Origin: a virus
Virus genome (UHGV): UHGV-1292143
Direction: 5' to 3' (one strand)
Length of the DNA stretch: 22,583 nucleotides
A model generated the notes under the pieces. The model was not told the DNA's origin. It searched no databases and saw nothing but the letters and a program-made list of their open reading frames with translations. The position numbers and the translations under genes were made by a program. Each line of letters opens with the position of its first letter. Position 1 is the stretch's first letter. Shown here piece after piece: positions 1 through 8,241 of the stretch.

Positions 1-202
1 CCCGGCATCCAACGCCATTCATGGCCATATCAATGATTTTCTGGTGCGTACCGGGCTGAGAGGCGGTGTAAGTGAACTGTAGTTGCCATGTTTTACGGCA
101 ATGAGAGCAGAGATAGCGCTGATGTCCGGCAGTGCTTTTGCCGTTACGCACCACGCCTTCAGTAGCGGAGCAGGAAGGACATCTGATGGAAATGGAAGCC
201 AC
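1..202 (-). CDS. insA: IS1 InsA, N-terminal part (3' end lies outside the window)
   Basis: Minus-strand frame starting at GTG (200-202) translates to [51 protein letters not shown]..., the InsA zinc-finger N-terminus; the start sits at IS1 position 56 as expected. Confidence 0.75.
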   Translation of the reverse strand, partial: MASISIRCPSCSATEGVVRNGKSTAGHQRYLCSHCRKTWQLQFTYTASQPGTHQKIIDMAMNGVGCR

Positions 203-257
203 GCAAGCACCTTAAAATCACCATCATACACTAAATCAGTAAGTTGGCAGCATTACC
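1..257 (-). mobile_element. IS1-family insertion sequence, partial; the element continues beyond the window start
   Basis: Reverse complement of 1-257 aligns to the first ~257 bp of IS1. The terminal inverted repeat at 235-257 has one mismatch to the canonical GGTGATGCTGCCAACTTACTGAT. By eye this copy is roughly 10% divergent from the canonical copy at the right edge. Confidence 0.85.
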
Positions 258-383
258 CAGATACCAGTCCCCCCATATCAAGAACATTGGCTAACGTATA
301 AGCGGCTTTTTGCTGGAATGATGGATCTTGTCCTGATTTAAGCCCAAACGCTCGACGTTGCGCTTCTGTATCATTCCAACCGG

Positions 384-902
384 TTAAGCGAATTCCCAAA
401 AACGCAAATCAACGATCGCTTCTTTGAATTCCGCGTCGTCTTCAGGTGGCAATGCTGCACGGCGCATCTCCAGCATTTCCATTGCCCAACCATCAAGCGG
501 CACGATACGCCATTGATAAGGTACTCCCTCTACAGGCACCTCAATATCGTCAATGAACGGTTCCACTTCCAGGACCTGGATATCTTCAGCCAGAGCATTC
601 ATATCGCAATCGTAATAATGCTCTTTACCGCAATGTTTACAGGTGTAGGTGAATGTCTCGACCGGTGTTTCACGGGAGCCGGTAAATATCCACCATAACG
701 CGGTAATCCGGTCCTGCGCCGTCCATGTCAGGGGATCATGTTTCGCGGGTTCAGCCAGCAAGGCTTTTAAATACGCCGTTGTCTGTTGTTCTTGTTCCTC
801 CGGTGTTATCGAGTTGAAACGCATCGCATCAGCAATATTTGGCTGACGGAACTGGATCAATTCAGTTGGCCGCGATGGTAGCGGGAAAAGGGGTAAAAGC
901 AT
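384..902 (-). CDS. hypothetical phage morphogenesis protein (172 aa, CKHCGKEHYYDCD cysteine cluster)
   Basis: ORF with GGAG Shine-Dalgarno 6 nt upstream of the ATG at 902; tightly packed behind 917-1528 and 1539-2105 in one minus-strand operon. Function not recognisable from sequence. Confidence 0.6.
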   Translation of the reverse strand: MLLPLFPLPSRPTELIQFRQPNIADAMRFNSITPEEQEQQTTAYLKALLAEPAKHDPLTWTAQDRITALWWIFTGSRETPVETFTYTCKHCGKEHYYDCDMNALAEDIQVLEVEPFIDDIEVPVEGVPYQWRIVPLDGWAMEMLEMRRAALPPEDDAEFKEAIVDLRFWEFA

Positions 903-916
903 CCTTGCTCCTTAAT

Positions 917-1528
917 TCAAAGAGAAAAACTAAAGCCCAGAAGGGAAGCCAAAGAACTTGAGGATTGGTTAAACGTGCTGTGCAATGCGAAGGTCATTGG
1001 GAATGACTTAAATTCCGTAACCTGATCCCGCGCATAGGTGACATCGCCGGTAGTGACCGGGAATACCGTCATCTCATTTTCCAGTTTGGTTAAGCCGGAA
1101 GACAGCAACCGATAAATACGCACATTGAGCAAATATTTAGACGGTATATTCCCGGTACCGTCCGGATTGATCACCCGACTTTTTGCCGTCTTAAACCAGT
1201 CCAAAACGAGGCCATCAACGGTATCCCTGACCATCATTGTTATCTGCCCAGGCGAACGCTCTGTTGGTTGAAGGATATTCCCTCCGCCGATTTTAATCGT
1301 TTCATATTCGATGCTGTAATCGTGGTAGGTAATGTCTTTGGCAAAGAAGTCTGCCCCCTCCAGTCCATCAACTTCGACAGAGAACTGCCATCCTTGCGCG
1401 AACAGCATTTTGTTCATGATGATTGACGTCAGCTTACCAACTTCCCGCTCACCAACGCCGGAGCCAAATAATGTCGTCGTTAATGCCGAAGATACATAAG
1501 ACTTTACTGAAGCAACATTAAGCCCCAT
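917..1528 (-). CDS. phage structural protein, possibly tail-tube or tube-initiator-like (203 aa)
   Basis: ORF in the operon with 384-902 and 1539-2105. Sequence pattern loosely resembles T4 gp19-type tube proteins; this is a by-eye impression, not a search result. Confidence 0.45.
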   Translation of the reverse strand: MGLNVASVKSYVSSALTTTLFGSGVGEREVGKLTSIIMNKMLFAQGWQFSVEVDGLEGADFFAKDITYHDYSIEYETIKIGGGNILQPTERSPGQITMMVRDTVDGLVLDWFKTAKSRVINPDGTGNIPSKYLLNVRIYRLLSSGLTKLENEMTVFPVTTGDVTYARDQVTEFKSFPMTFALHSTFNQSSSSLASLLGFSFSL

Positions 1529-1538
1529 ATCAGCCCCC

Positions 1539-2146
<608 letters not shown>

Positions 2147-2235
2147 ATGTCATTTGTCCATTGTGCCAACTGTTATTATGGATATCATAATTCATACGAA
2201 TCGCGCTGCTACAGGATGTATAGCAACCTTAATAA

Positions 2236-3495
2236 TTATTTGAATATATCAGTTATAGTTGGGTAATTATACATCTTAAGCTTATCTCTAAATTTCATAG
2301 AAAATATAGGGTCTACCTTACATCTGTGTAAGAGCTTTGCAATCCTTAGCTCCCTCTCATTCATAATATCTTTGTATTCGCTATCAATACTTTCCTGAAT
2401 TTGCTGATTCTCAACAGGAGACGGTTTAGTAATTTTATCCCATTGATAAGTTGGCTTCGTAGTGTAATTTAAACTATCATCATTTTGGAGTAATGCCTCA
2501 AGACGAGACTTAGCATTTTCATATAGCATTCTATCTTGGGGCAACATACTTGCAACACGCATTTCCATTTCAATTTCCGATACTATCATTTCAAGTTGAC
2601 GTTTTTCCGTTTCAATAGCTAAAAGAAATGGAAATAGGGCTTCTTGCTTAATCATTTGACAATTCAAATTATTGTTTATGCCACTAAGTAATTTTGTAAA
2701 TGAGAACTTCTTTAAAGGCTGCTGATTTATAACACTCTGTCTAACTGGCATTGTGTAGTTCGGTGTTTTTTCAAGTGTTTTCTTCACTTGCTCTATAGCA
2801 ACATTAGGAGTGTTGAAAACAGTCTTTGCTGGAATACGTAGCACCATAAACCCCTCCTTTATTGAATATTCATCACGAATACGATCTCGCTCTATTTGTT
2901 CTGGGGATGAATGCCATGCTGCACCATCAATTTCTATAATTTGGCGTCCATTTACGACAAAATCAAAACGATAACGCTTATAGGGCACTTGCATTTCAAG
3001 CACTAAGTCAGGAGAAACTAACATTCCAGATTTAGGTTTAAGATTAAACTCTGCAACCATTTTACGAAGAAATGCCTCCTCAGCCGGAGATTCGCAACCT
3101 TTGCAAAATATATCAAGCCAGTTTTCTGCGTCAGCGTCAACAGTTTGCCACCATGCTAACAGTCCACGTCGGTGTCCATATAATCGTTCATCTGACGGTT
3201 TTGTTAATGGCTTTGTTAACGGTTTAACTAAGGGTTCATTTAACGGCTTTAATAACGGCTTAAATAACGGCTTATTTAACGAATTTAATAACGATTTATT
3301 TAATGGTTTGATTGACGGTCTATTTGACGACTCAATCGGTGGTTTAGATGATGATTTGTTTTTTTTATCAAAACCTACGATAGTTATATATGCTACATAT
3401 AGCATCATGCCTGCAACAGGCCATACACATGGATAAATCACGTAACACAACAGTAATAGAACAATAGTCCCAAAAAATGTTAACTTCTTCCGCAT
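2236..3495 (-). CDS. membrane-anchored protein with DUF559/Vsr-like (PD-(D/E)xK-type) endonuclease-like domain (419 aa)
   Basis: N-terminus MRKK + hydrophobic hairpin (FFGTIVLLLLCYVIYPCVW / MMLYVAYITIVGF); Pro/Lys-rich tetrapeptide repeat linker; core YRFDFVVNGRQIIEIDGAAWHSSPEQIERDRIRDEYSIKEGFMVLRIP matches the DUF559 signature (RxDF ... IEIDG..H ... D..R ... G..VLR); C-terminal ~190 aa predicted helical, unknown. Confidence 0.6.
   Translation of the reverse strand: MRKKLTFFGTIVLLLLCYVIYPCVWPVAGMMLYVAYITIVGFDKKNKSSSKPPIESSNRPSIKPLNKSLLNSLNKPLFKPLLKPLNEPLVKPLTKPLTKPSDERLYGHRRGLLAWWQTVDADAENWLDIFCKGCESPAEEAFLRKMVAEFNLKPKSGMLVSPDLVLEMQVPYKRYRFDFVVNGRQIIEIDGAAWHSSPEQIERDRIRDEYSIKEGFMVLRIPAKTVFNTPNVAIEQVKKTLEKTPNYTMPVRQSVINQQPLKKFSFTKLLSGINNNLNCQMIKQEALFPFLLAIETEKRQLEMIVSEIEMEMRVASMLPQDRMLYENAKSRLEALLQNDDSLNYTTKPTYQWDKITKPSPVENQQIQESIDSEYKDIMNERELRIAKLLHRCKVDPIFSMKFRDKLKMYNYPTITDIFK
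3195..3356 (-). repeat. about 13 imperfect tandem 12-bp units inside the 2236-3495 CDS, encoding K-P-L-x tetrapeptide repeats
   Basis: Plus-strand units such as TTAATAACGGCT / TAAATAACGGCT / TATTTAACGAAT; translated on minus strand as LNKP LFKP LLKP LNEP LVKP LTKP LTKP. Confidence 0.8.
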
Positions 3496-3720
3496 ACCAA
3501 ACTCTTTGCATCAATAAAGGGGACTGGCTTATATAATCAAATCACATGCCCGAAATAAAAGATGACCAACACCAACGGAAATCACACTCTAAACTAATAT
3601 ACATTAACACTTAATATCGCCATCACAATTGATTGATTATGCTAATTTAAAAATGATATTTTTACAGAGAATATACAGCTCTACAAGATGACTATTACAC
3701 CAAAATTTAAAAAAATCATT

Positions 3721-3766
3721 GGCAACCTTGTAGAATTGATATTAACAATCGATTCTACGGGTTGCC
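3721..3766 (-). terminator. long inverted repeat (GGCAACCTTGTAGAAT-N15-ATTCTACGGGTTGCC) followed on the minus strand by a T-run; likely terminator of the 4874-3811 transcript
   Basis: 15-16 bp arms with one mismatch; minus-strand sequence after the hairpin is AATGATTTTTTTAAATTTTGG. The 15-nt loop is large for a terminator. Confidence 0.45.
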
Positions 3767-3810
3767 ATTTGCTACATAGAGTGTAATAAGAGAGGATGGT
3801 TCAACGGAAA

Positions 3811-4350
3811 TTACCACCAGCTACTGGCTTTTTTCTCCCTTGCTTTACCTTCGCTTTGCAATAAATCCTTACTCCCTGAAGAGATGTTACGATTTGCATC
3901 AGCTTCAGACTGAATCACATCAGTTCTTGCAGCCCTTTCCTTTAGCTCCTGCTCAATGAAATCGTTTTCTCTCTTAACTCGAGCAGCTTTCGCTTGTAGC
4001 TCAAGCTTCATTTTCTCAAGTTCTAATTTACGAAGCTCATCTTCATAAGCCTGATTTCGCTTTTTCTCTGCGGTCAATTCAGCTTCACGCTTCGCTCTGC
4101 GCTCATTTTCCGCCGCTATACGAGCTTTCTCGCGGGCATTTGCAGCTGCCGCAGCCCTCTCTCTTCTTAAACGTTCAGCATTTTCTTGCTTGCGAATTTG
4201 CTCTAGTCTGGCATCCTCCAGCTGCTGTTCTCTTGCTCGACCTTCACTTTCTGCCTGGGCAATAGCAGCTATTTGACTCTGCAATGAATTAGCAAATACA
4301 TTGCCTGTATTCAAAGCAGCCAAACATAAATAACAAATAATTTTCTTCAT
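3811..4350 (-). CDS. secreted highly charged ER/K-rich coiled-coil protein (179 aa)
   Basis: N-terminal signal peptide MKKIICYLCLAALNTGNVFA; mature part is E/R/K/A-rich helical (TolA-domain-II-like composition). Starts 11 nt after the stop of the upstream lipoprotein gene. Confidence 0.65.
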   Translation of the reverse strand: MKKIICYLCLAALNTGNVFANSLQSQIAAIAQAESEGRAREQQLEDARLEQIRKQENAERLRRERAAAAANAREKARIAAENERRAKREAELTAEKKRNQAYEDELRKLELEKMKLELQAKAARVKRENDFIEQELKERAARTDVIQSEADANRNISSGSKDLLQSEGKAREKKASSWW

Positions 4351-4361
4351 ATCTTATTGAG

Positions 4362-4874
4362 TTATTTTTTATCAGGACATGTAGCATTAGGTTGAATGCG
4401 CGTTTCGTTTTCTTTCGTTGAAATCAAAGCCGCGATTCCAGGGGCAAATTGGCAAGCTCTACCAACCTGTGTAGATGTATAGACTTTAGTACCTTCCTTG
4501 TAAGTAAGAGATACACCTTCAACAATTGATTTATCACTTACCATAGAACCAGCAGCTGCGCCAAGAGCTCCACCGCCAGCACCACCAGCAACTGCACCCA
4601 AGGTAGAAGTTCCTTTAATATTATATCCAGCAACACTACCAGCTACTGCACCGAGAACAGCACCGAAAGTCTGAGCTGCTTGTTTATTAGCTGTATTATC
4701 AACTTTTACTTTGGCTGGGAGAACAGAGATTATATTTACTACTCTTGTTTCTTGTTTTGAATTAAGTTGGGCTGTGTCGTACACATCTGCCGCATATTCA
4801 GCACCATTAGACTGACACCCTGAGAGAAAAATTGCAGAAACAACCATGACGCATAAAGAAGAAATTTTAGCCAT
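4362..4874 (-). CDS. SlyB/Pcp-like glycine-zipper outer-membrane lipoprotein (about 170 aa from the chosen start)
   Basis: Lipobox AIFLSG|C after a signal peptide; Gly/Ala zipper GAVLGAVAGSVAGYNIKGTSTLGAVAGGAGGGALGAAAGS; overall resemblance to E. coli SlyB. Start chosen at ATG 4872-4874 (MAKISS...); alternatives are 4883 or the track start 4934. Confidence 0.65.
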   Translation of the reverse strand: MAKISSLCVMVVSAIFLSGCQSNGAEYAADVYDTAQLNSKQETRVVNIISVLPAKVKVDNTANKQAAQTFGAVLGAVAGSVAGYNIKGTSTLGAVAGGAGGGALGAAAGSMVSDKSIVEGVSLTYKEGTKVYTSTQVGRACQFAPGIAALISTKENETRIQPNATCPDKK

Positions 4875-5163
4875 TAGAATCATCCCAGAAAAAAAATATA
4901 ATCCAAGAAAATCTATCACATAAGCCAAATACAAACAAGATTAATCCTATTGATGTATATCAATTATTATAAAAAATACGATCTTCATTGCTGAAGCTGC
5001 GTTATATTAAGTCTAAAAAAATCAACTATCGACATTATATGCTCTGCTAATAATTTACACTTGATTTAGTTGAGTTGGTTTAATATTGACACTAACTCAC
5101 TCTCTAATTATATACAATTTCCAATTTTATATGCGCATATATGGAAACCTATACCAACAGCAT

Positions 5164-5180
5164 GTTGCTCTAATAAATTT
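5164..5180 (+). promoter_or_regulatory. C1-repressor-type operator (P1 Op51-like) overlapping a promoter
   Basis: GTTGCTCTAATAAATTT, one mismatch to the P1 C1 operator consensus ATTGCTCTAATAAATTT as I recall it; TTGCTC acts as a -35 with TAAGTC 17 bp downstream (5188-5193). Confidence 0.6.
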
Positions 5181-5218
5181 GTCTTTTTAAGTCACGAATG
5201 CTATCTTTTCGCATCATA

Positions 5219-5247
5219 TTGACCTTTTAATCGTTCAGGCTTATAGT
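5219..5247 (+). promoter_or_regulatory. sigma70-type promoter for c4-icd-ant (-35 TTGACC, 17-bp spacer, -10 TATAGT)
   Basis: TTGACC at 5219-5224 and TATAGT at 5242-5247; sits downstream of the operator, as for the constitutive second promoter of P1 immI. Confidence 0.5.
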
Positions 5248-5367
5248 TCCGCCGTCGTAGCAAATTCTGCGACCGGGTTTAGCAGCCTGAATGATTGTGC
5301 GGACAGCCGCAGATATCCGATATTGCGGTATTTTTGTGTCCGTAAAACCGCGTTACGCCCAAATTAT

Positions 5368-5444
5368 GGTGGGACGTGATGGGGAGGCTTCGGCCTGCTG
5401 GTTTCACAATCGCCAGTCTGCTAACCCCGTCACGTCCTGCCACC
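5368..5444 (+). ncRNA. c4: C4-like antisense RNA (77 nt) of the immunity-I region
   Basis: GGTGGGACGTGATGGGG ... CCCCGTCACGTCCTGCCACC closes a long stem; internal hairpins AGGC-UUCG-GCCU and CUGG-UUUCACAAUCG-CCAG. Loop sequence CACAATC is complementary to GATTGTG at 5293-5299 and at 5477-5483, the latter just upstream of the icd GAGG Shine-Dalgarno (5483-5486). Confidence 0.55.
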
Positions 5445-5494
5445 TGTTTAGCAGCGGGTAGCAGGTTGTTAAACCTGATTGTGAGGCCGTAACT

Positions 5495-5716
5495 ATGGTT
5501 AATGCCAATCCTTACGCACGCCAAGAATTCATCTGGCGTTTCTATTCCTGTAAAAAACACCACTATCACTTCGTCATCGCAGCAACAGAAGACGAAGCAC
5601 GCTCTCAATTGCCTGATGGCCCCTGCATTTTTACTGCCCGTTTTTCAACTAACTCGCGCAATTCACTTAGTTACTGGAACCTCCCCTTCTCTGCCGACGT
5701 TCAGGGGGATTTATGA
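5495..5716 (+). CDS. icd: Icd-like small protein (73 aa), translationally coupled to ant
   Basis: 73-aa ORF whose stop overlaps the ant start (ATGA at 5713-5716); position downstream of c4 matches P1 immI organisation. Confidence 0.65.
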   Translation: MVNANPYARQEFIWRFYSCKKHHYHFVIAATEDEARSQLPDGPCIFTARFSTNSRNSLSYWNLPFSADVQGDL

Positions 5717-6747
5717 AAAAACCTCTCGTCACCCGTAATGAAATAGCCGAAGCGATCGCCCTGCATACAACCTGTATGCCGACACGGGAGATCCCCGGCG
5801 CAATTGCCAACTATTTCATGATAACCAGACGTTTTTATACCCGAACAGATAAGGCTGTGATCAACAAGCTACTGATAGCCGAGATCAGGGATTATTTGAT
5901 TGAACAAGGACGTCTACGTTACGCAACAGTGGCAGCAGAAATGAGAAAGGAGGCACACAGAGTGACCGGTAAAAATTTGAATATTGAAAAACCAGCACCT
6001 GTTACGTCAGCTACGCCAACACCAGCCGTGAATGTCATCCCCAACATCGGAGACACAATCGACAGCCAAACATTGTTGAAGATGGTCAATGAGGCACGGA
6101 AATTATGTAGCGAAAAACCAGTTCGCAATAATGATTTCATTGCCAGAGTTAAGGATGAACTTGAAGGAGAAACCTACGAAATTTTCGTAGGTCAAAAAAA
6201 CGGCGCAGAAATAGATATTATAACAATGACCTACAAACAAGCCCTGCGAGTTGCCGCGCGCGAGTCAAAAGCGGTCCGCCGTTCGCTGATCGACAAACTG
6301 GAAGAATTACAGCAGGCAAACTCCCCTACCCCATCGATCCCCCAGACATTACCAGAAGCCCTACGCCTGGCTGCCGAGTTAGCAGAACAGAAAATGCAGT
6401 TGGAACAACAGCTGGTGGCCGCAGCCCCTAAAGTCGATTTTGCCGACCGGGTATCAGTGGCCAATGGAATCCTGATCGGGAACTTTGCAAAGGTCGTTGG
6501 ACTTAAGCAAAACGCCCTTTTCTCATGGTTGCGCCAGAACGGCATTCTCATGGCTTTTGGTGCGCGCAAAAACGTACCGCGCCAACAGTACATCAACGCC
6601 GGGTATTTCACGGTGAAAGAAGTGGTGTTGGATGATGAAAATGGCTACCAGATACGGCTGACGCCCCAATTAACGGGTAAAGGCCAGCAGTGGTTAACTC
6701 GCAAGCTACTTGATGCTGGTTTGTTAAAACCAGTAGCAATAGGTTAA
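5713..6747 (+). CDS. ant: antirepressor Ant-like protein with C-terminal KilA-C/ANT domain (344 aa)
   Basis: C-terminal region PKVDFADRV...IGNFAKVVG...LFSWLRQNGIL...GYFTVKE...GKGQQWL is a KilA-C-type antirepressor domain; gene order c4-icd-ant. Confidence 0.65.
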   Translation: MKKPLVTRNEIAEAIALHTTCMPTREIPGAIANYFMITRRFYTRTDKAVINKLLIAEIRDYLIEQGRLRYATVAAEMRKEAHRVTGKNLNIEKPAPVTSATPTPAVNVIPNIGDTIDSQTLLKMVNEARKLCSEKPVRNNDFIARVKDELEGETYEIFVGQKNGAEIDIITMTYKQALRVAARESKAVRRSLIDKLEELQQANSPTPSIPQTLPEALRLAAELAEQKMQLEQQLVAAAPKVDFADRVSVANGILIGNFAKVVGLKQNALFSWLRQNGILMAFGARKNVPRQQYINAGYFTVKEVVLDDENGYQIRLTPQLTGKGQQWLTRKLLDAGLLKPVAIG

Positions 6748-6758
6748 CAAAAGAAAAA

Positions 6759-6784
6759 ACCTGCCAGCAAACTGACAGGTTTCT
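6759..6784 (+). terminator. rho-independent terminator after ant
   Basis: ACCTGCCAG-CAAA-CTGACAGGT hairpin (one mismatch) followed by TTCT. Confidence 0.5.
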
Positions 6785-6824
6785 GAGCAGATCGACCAAC
6801 CCGATCTGGATCGAGTTAGAAAAA

Positions 6825-6841
6825 TTTGCTCTAATAAATTT
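6825..6841 (+). promoter_or_regulatory. C1-repressor-type operator (P1 Op53-like) in front of kilA
   Basis: TTTGCTCTAATAAATTT; same extended promoter architecture as at 5164 (TTGCTC ... 17 bp ... TAAGTG). Confidence 0.6.
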
Positions 6842-6910
6842 CGTTTTCTAAGTGCAAAGAATCACCATTTCGAGCTGGTGATTGAAGGTTGATGCAAATT
6901 TGGAGAAAAA

Positions 6911-7711
6911 ATGCAACAAACATTCAATGCGGATATGAATATATCAAACCTTCATCAAAATGTCGATCCTTCAACCACTCTTCCCGTTATTTGTGGTGTT
7001 GAAATTACGACCGACCGCGCTGGCCGTTACAACCTTAATGCTCTACACAGAGCGAGCGGACTCGGTGCCCATAAAGCGCCAGCTCAATGGCTAAGAACGC
7101 TGTCAGCTAAACAGCTCATCGAAGAGCTTGAAAAAGAAACTATGCAGAATTGCATAGTTTCGTTCGAAGGCCGTGGCGGCGGCACTTTTGCCCATGAATT
7201 GCTCGCAGTGGAGTACGCTGGTTGGATTTCTCCCGCGTTTCGGCTGAAGGTAAACCAGACATTTATCGACTATCGAGCTGGAAGATTACAACCTGCTATT
7301 CCGCAGAGTCTCCCTGAAGCTCTCCGTTTGGCTGCCGAACTGGCAGAGCAAAAGCAACGGCTGGAGCAAAAAATGCTTATGGATGCACCTAAAGTCGAAT
7401 TCGCCGAACGCGTTGCTACCGCCAGCGGGGTTCTAATCGGCAACTATGCCAAAGTGCTCGGCCTGGGCCAAAACTATCTCTTCACCTGGTTGCGTGATAA
7501 CGGAATTCTGATCGCAACCGGTGAACGCAGGAACGTCCCCAAACAAGAATACATATCCCGTGGATATTTCACCCTTAAAGAAACCGTGATCGATACAAGC
7601 AATGGAAGCAGGATTTCTTTCACGACTCGTATAACCGGCAAAGGTCAGCAGTGGCTGATGAAGCGATTGCTTGATGCTGGTGTGCTGGTACCTGTCGCGG
7701 CAACGCGCTAA
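6911..7711 (+). CDS. kilA: KilA-like protein: KilA-N domain plus KilA-C domain (266 aa)
   Basis: N-terminal VICGVEITTDRAGRYNLNALHRASGLGAHKAPAQWLRT...FAHELLAVEYAGWISPAFRLKV (KilA-N-like); C-terminal domain about 65% identical to the Ant C-terminus; GGAGA Shine-Dalgarno before the ATG. Confidence 0.7.
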   Translation: MQQTFNADMNISNLHQNVDPSTTLPVICGVEITTDRAGRYNLNALHRASGLGAHKAPAQWLRTLSAKQLIEELEKETMQNCIVSFEGRGGGTFAHELLAVEYAGWISPAFRLKVNQTFIDYRAGRLQPAIPQSLPEALRLAAELAEQKQRLEQKMLMDAPKVEFAERVATASGVLIGNYAKVLGLGQNYLFTWLRDNGILIATGERRNVPKQEYISRGYFTLKETVIDTSNGSRISFTTRITGKGQQWLMKRLLDAGVLVPVAATR

Positions 7712-7740
7712 CAGACGTAGTAAGAACCACCAGCATTGTA

Positions 7741-8241
7741 ATGCTGGCTAAAGTCACTTTCCTGAGCTGTATAACGATGAGCGATTTTACTTTTTCTGGC
7801 TATGAATTGGCCTGCTTTGTAACACACTCCGGTCTATCCCGTAGCGCCGGGCATATCCTGTCGCAATGTGCAAATCTCGCGGCAACAACCAGTGAATACT
7901 TCATTCACAAGCCTCACCGCCTGATCGCGGCAGAAACTGGTTATAGCCAATCAACCGTCGTTCGTGCATTCCGTGAAGCTGTAAACAAAGGAATCCTGTC
8001 TGTAGAGATTGTTATCGGCGATCACCGTGAACGTCGCGCTAACCTGTACCGGTTTACACCATCCTTTTTGGCCTTCGCACAACAAGCCAAAAATGCGCTG
8101 ACTGAAAGCAAATTAAAGATCTCTTCAGCGGCAACCAAGGTTAAAGCTGTTATCGCTAAGACATTGGCTTTATTTAATTTTATATCCACACCCCATGTCA
8201 AAATGATACCCCCTCCCCCTGTCAGGATGACGTGGCAATAA
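7741..8241 (+). CDS. repL: RepL-like lytic replication protein, N-terminal reading frame (166 aa); appears truncated by a frameshift
   Basis: Immediately follows kilA as in P1; frame ends at 8239-8241 just after a CCCCCTCCCCCT tract. Confidence 0.55.
   Translation: MLAKVTFLSCITMSDFTFSGYELACFVTHSGLSRSAGHILSQCANLAATTSEYFIHKPHRLIAAETGYSQSTVVRAFREAVNKGILSVEIVIGDHRERRANLYRFTPSFLAFAQQAKNALTESKLKISSAATKVKAVIAKTLALFNFISTPHVKMIPPPPVRMTWQ

Noticed and set aside
3101-3436. Plus-strand ORF (111 aa) with GFxNG repeats
   Set aside because: It is the antisense reading of the 12-bp tandem repeat inside the 2236-3495 gene and lies wholly within that better-supported ORF.
2150-5160. Possibility that the three island genes are simply the P1 sim (superimmunity) genes
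   Set aside because: I cannot confirm or exclude this from memory; what I recall of Sim (a small processed periplasmic protein) does not obviously fit a 419-aa DUF559 membrane protein, so the island is kept as a candidate novel module pending a search.
5279-5608. Minus-strand ORF (109 aa) overlapping the c4 region
   Set aside because: Overlaps the structured antisense RNA and the icd start on the opposite strand; no Shine-Dalgarno; Cys-rich low-complexity product.
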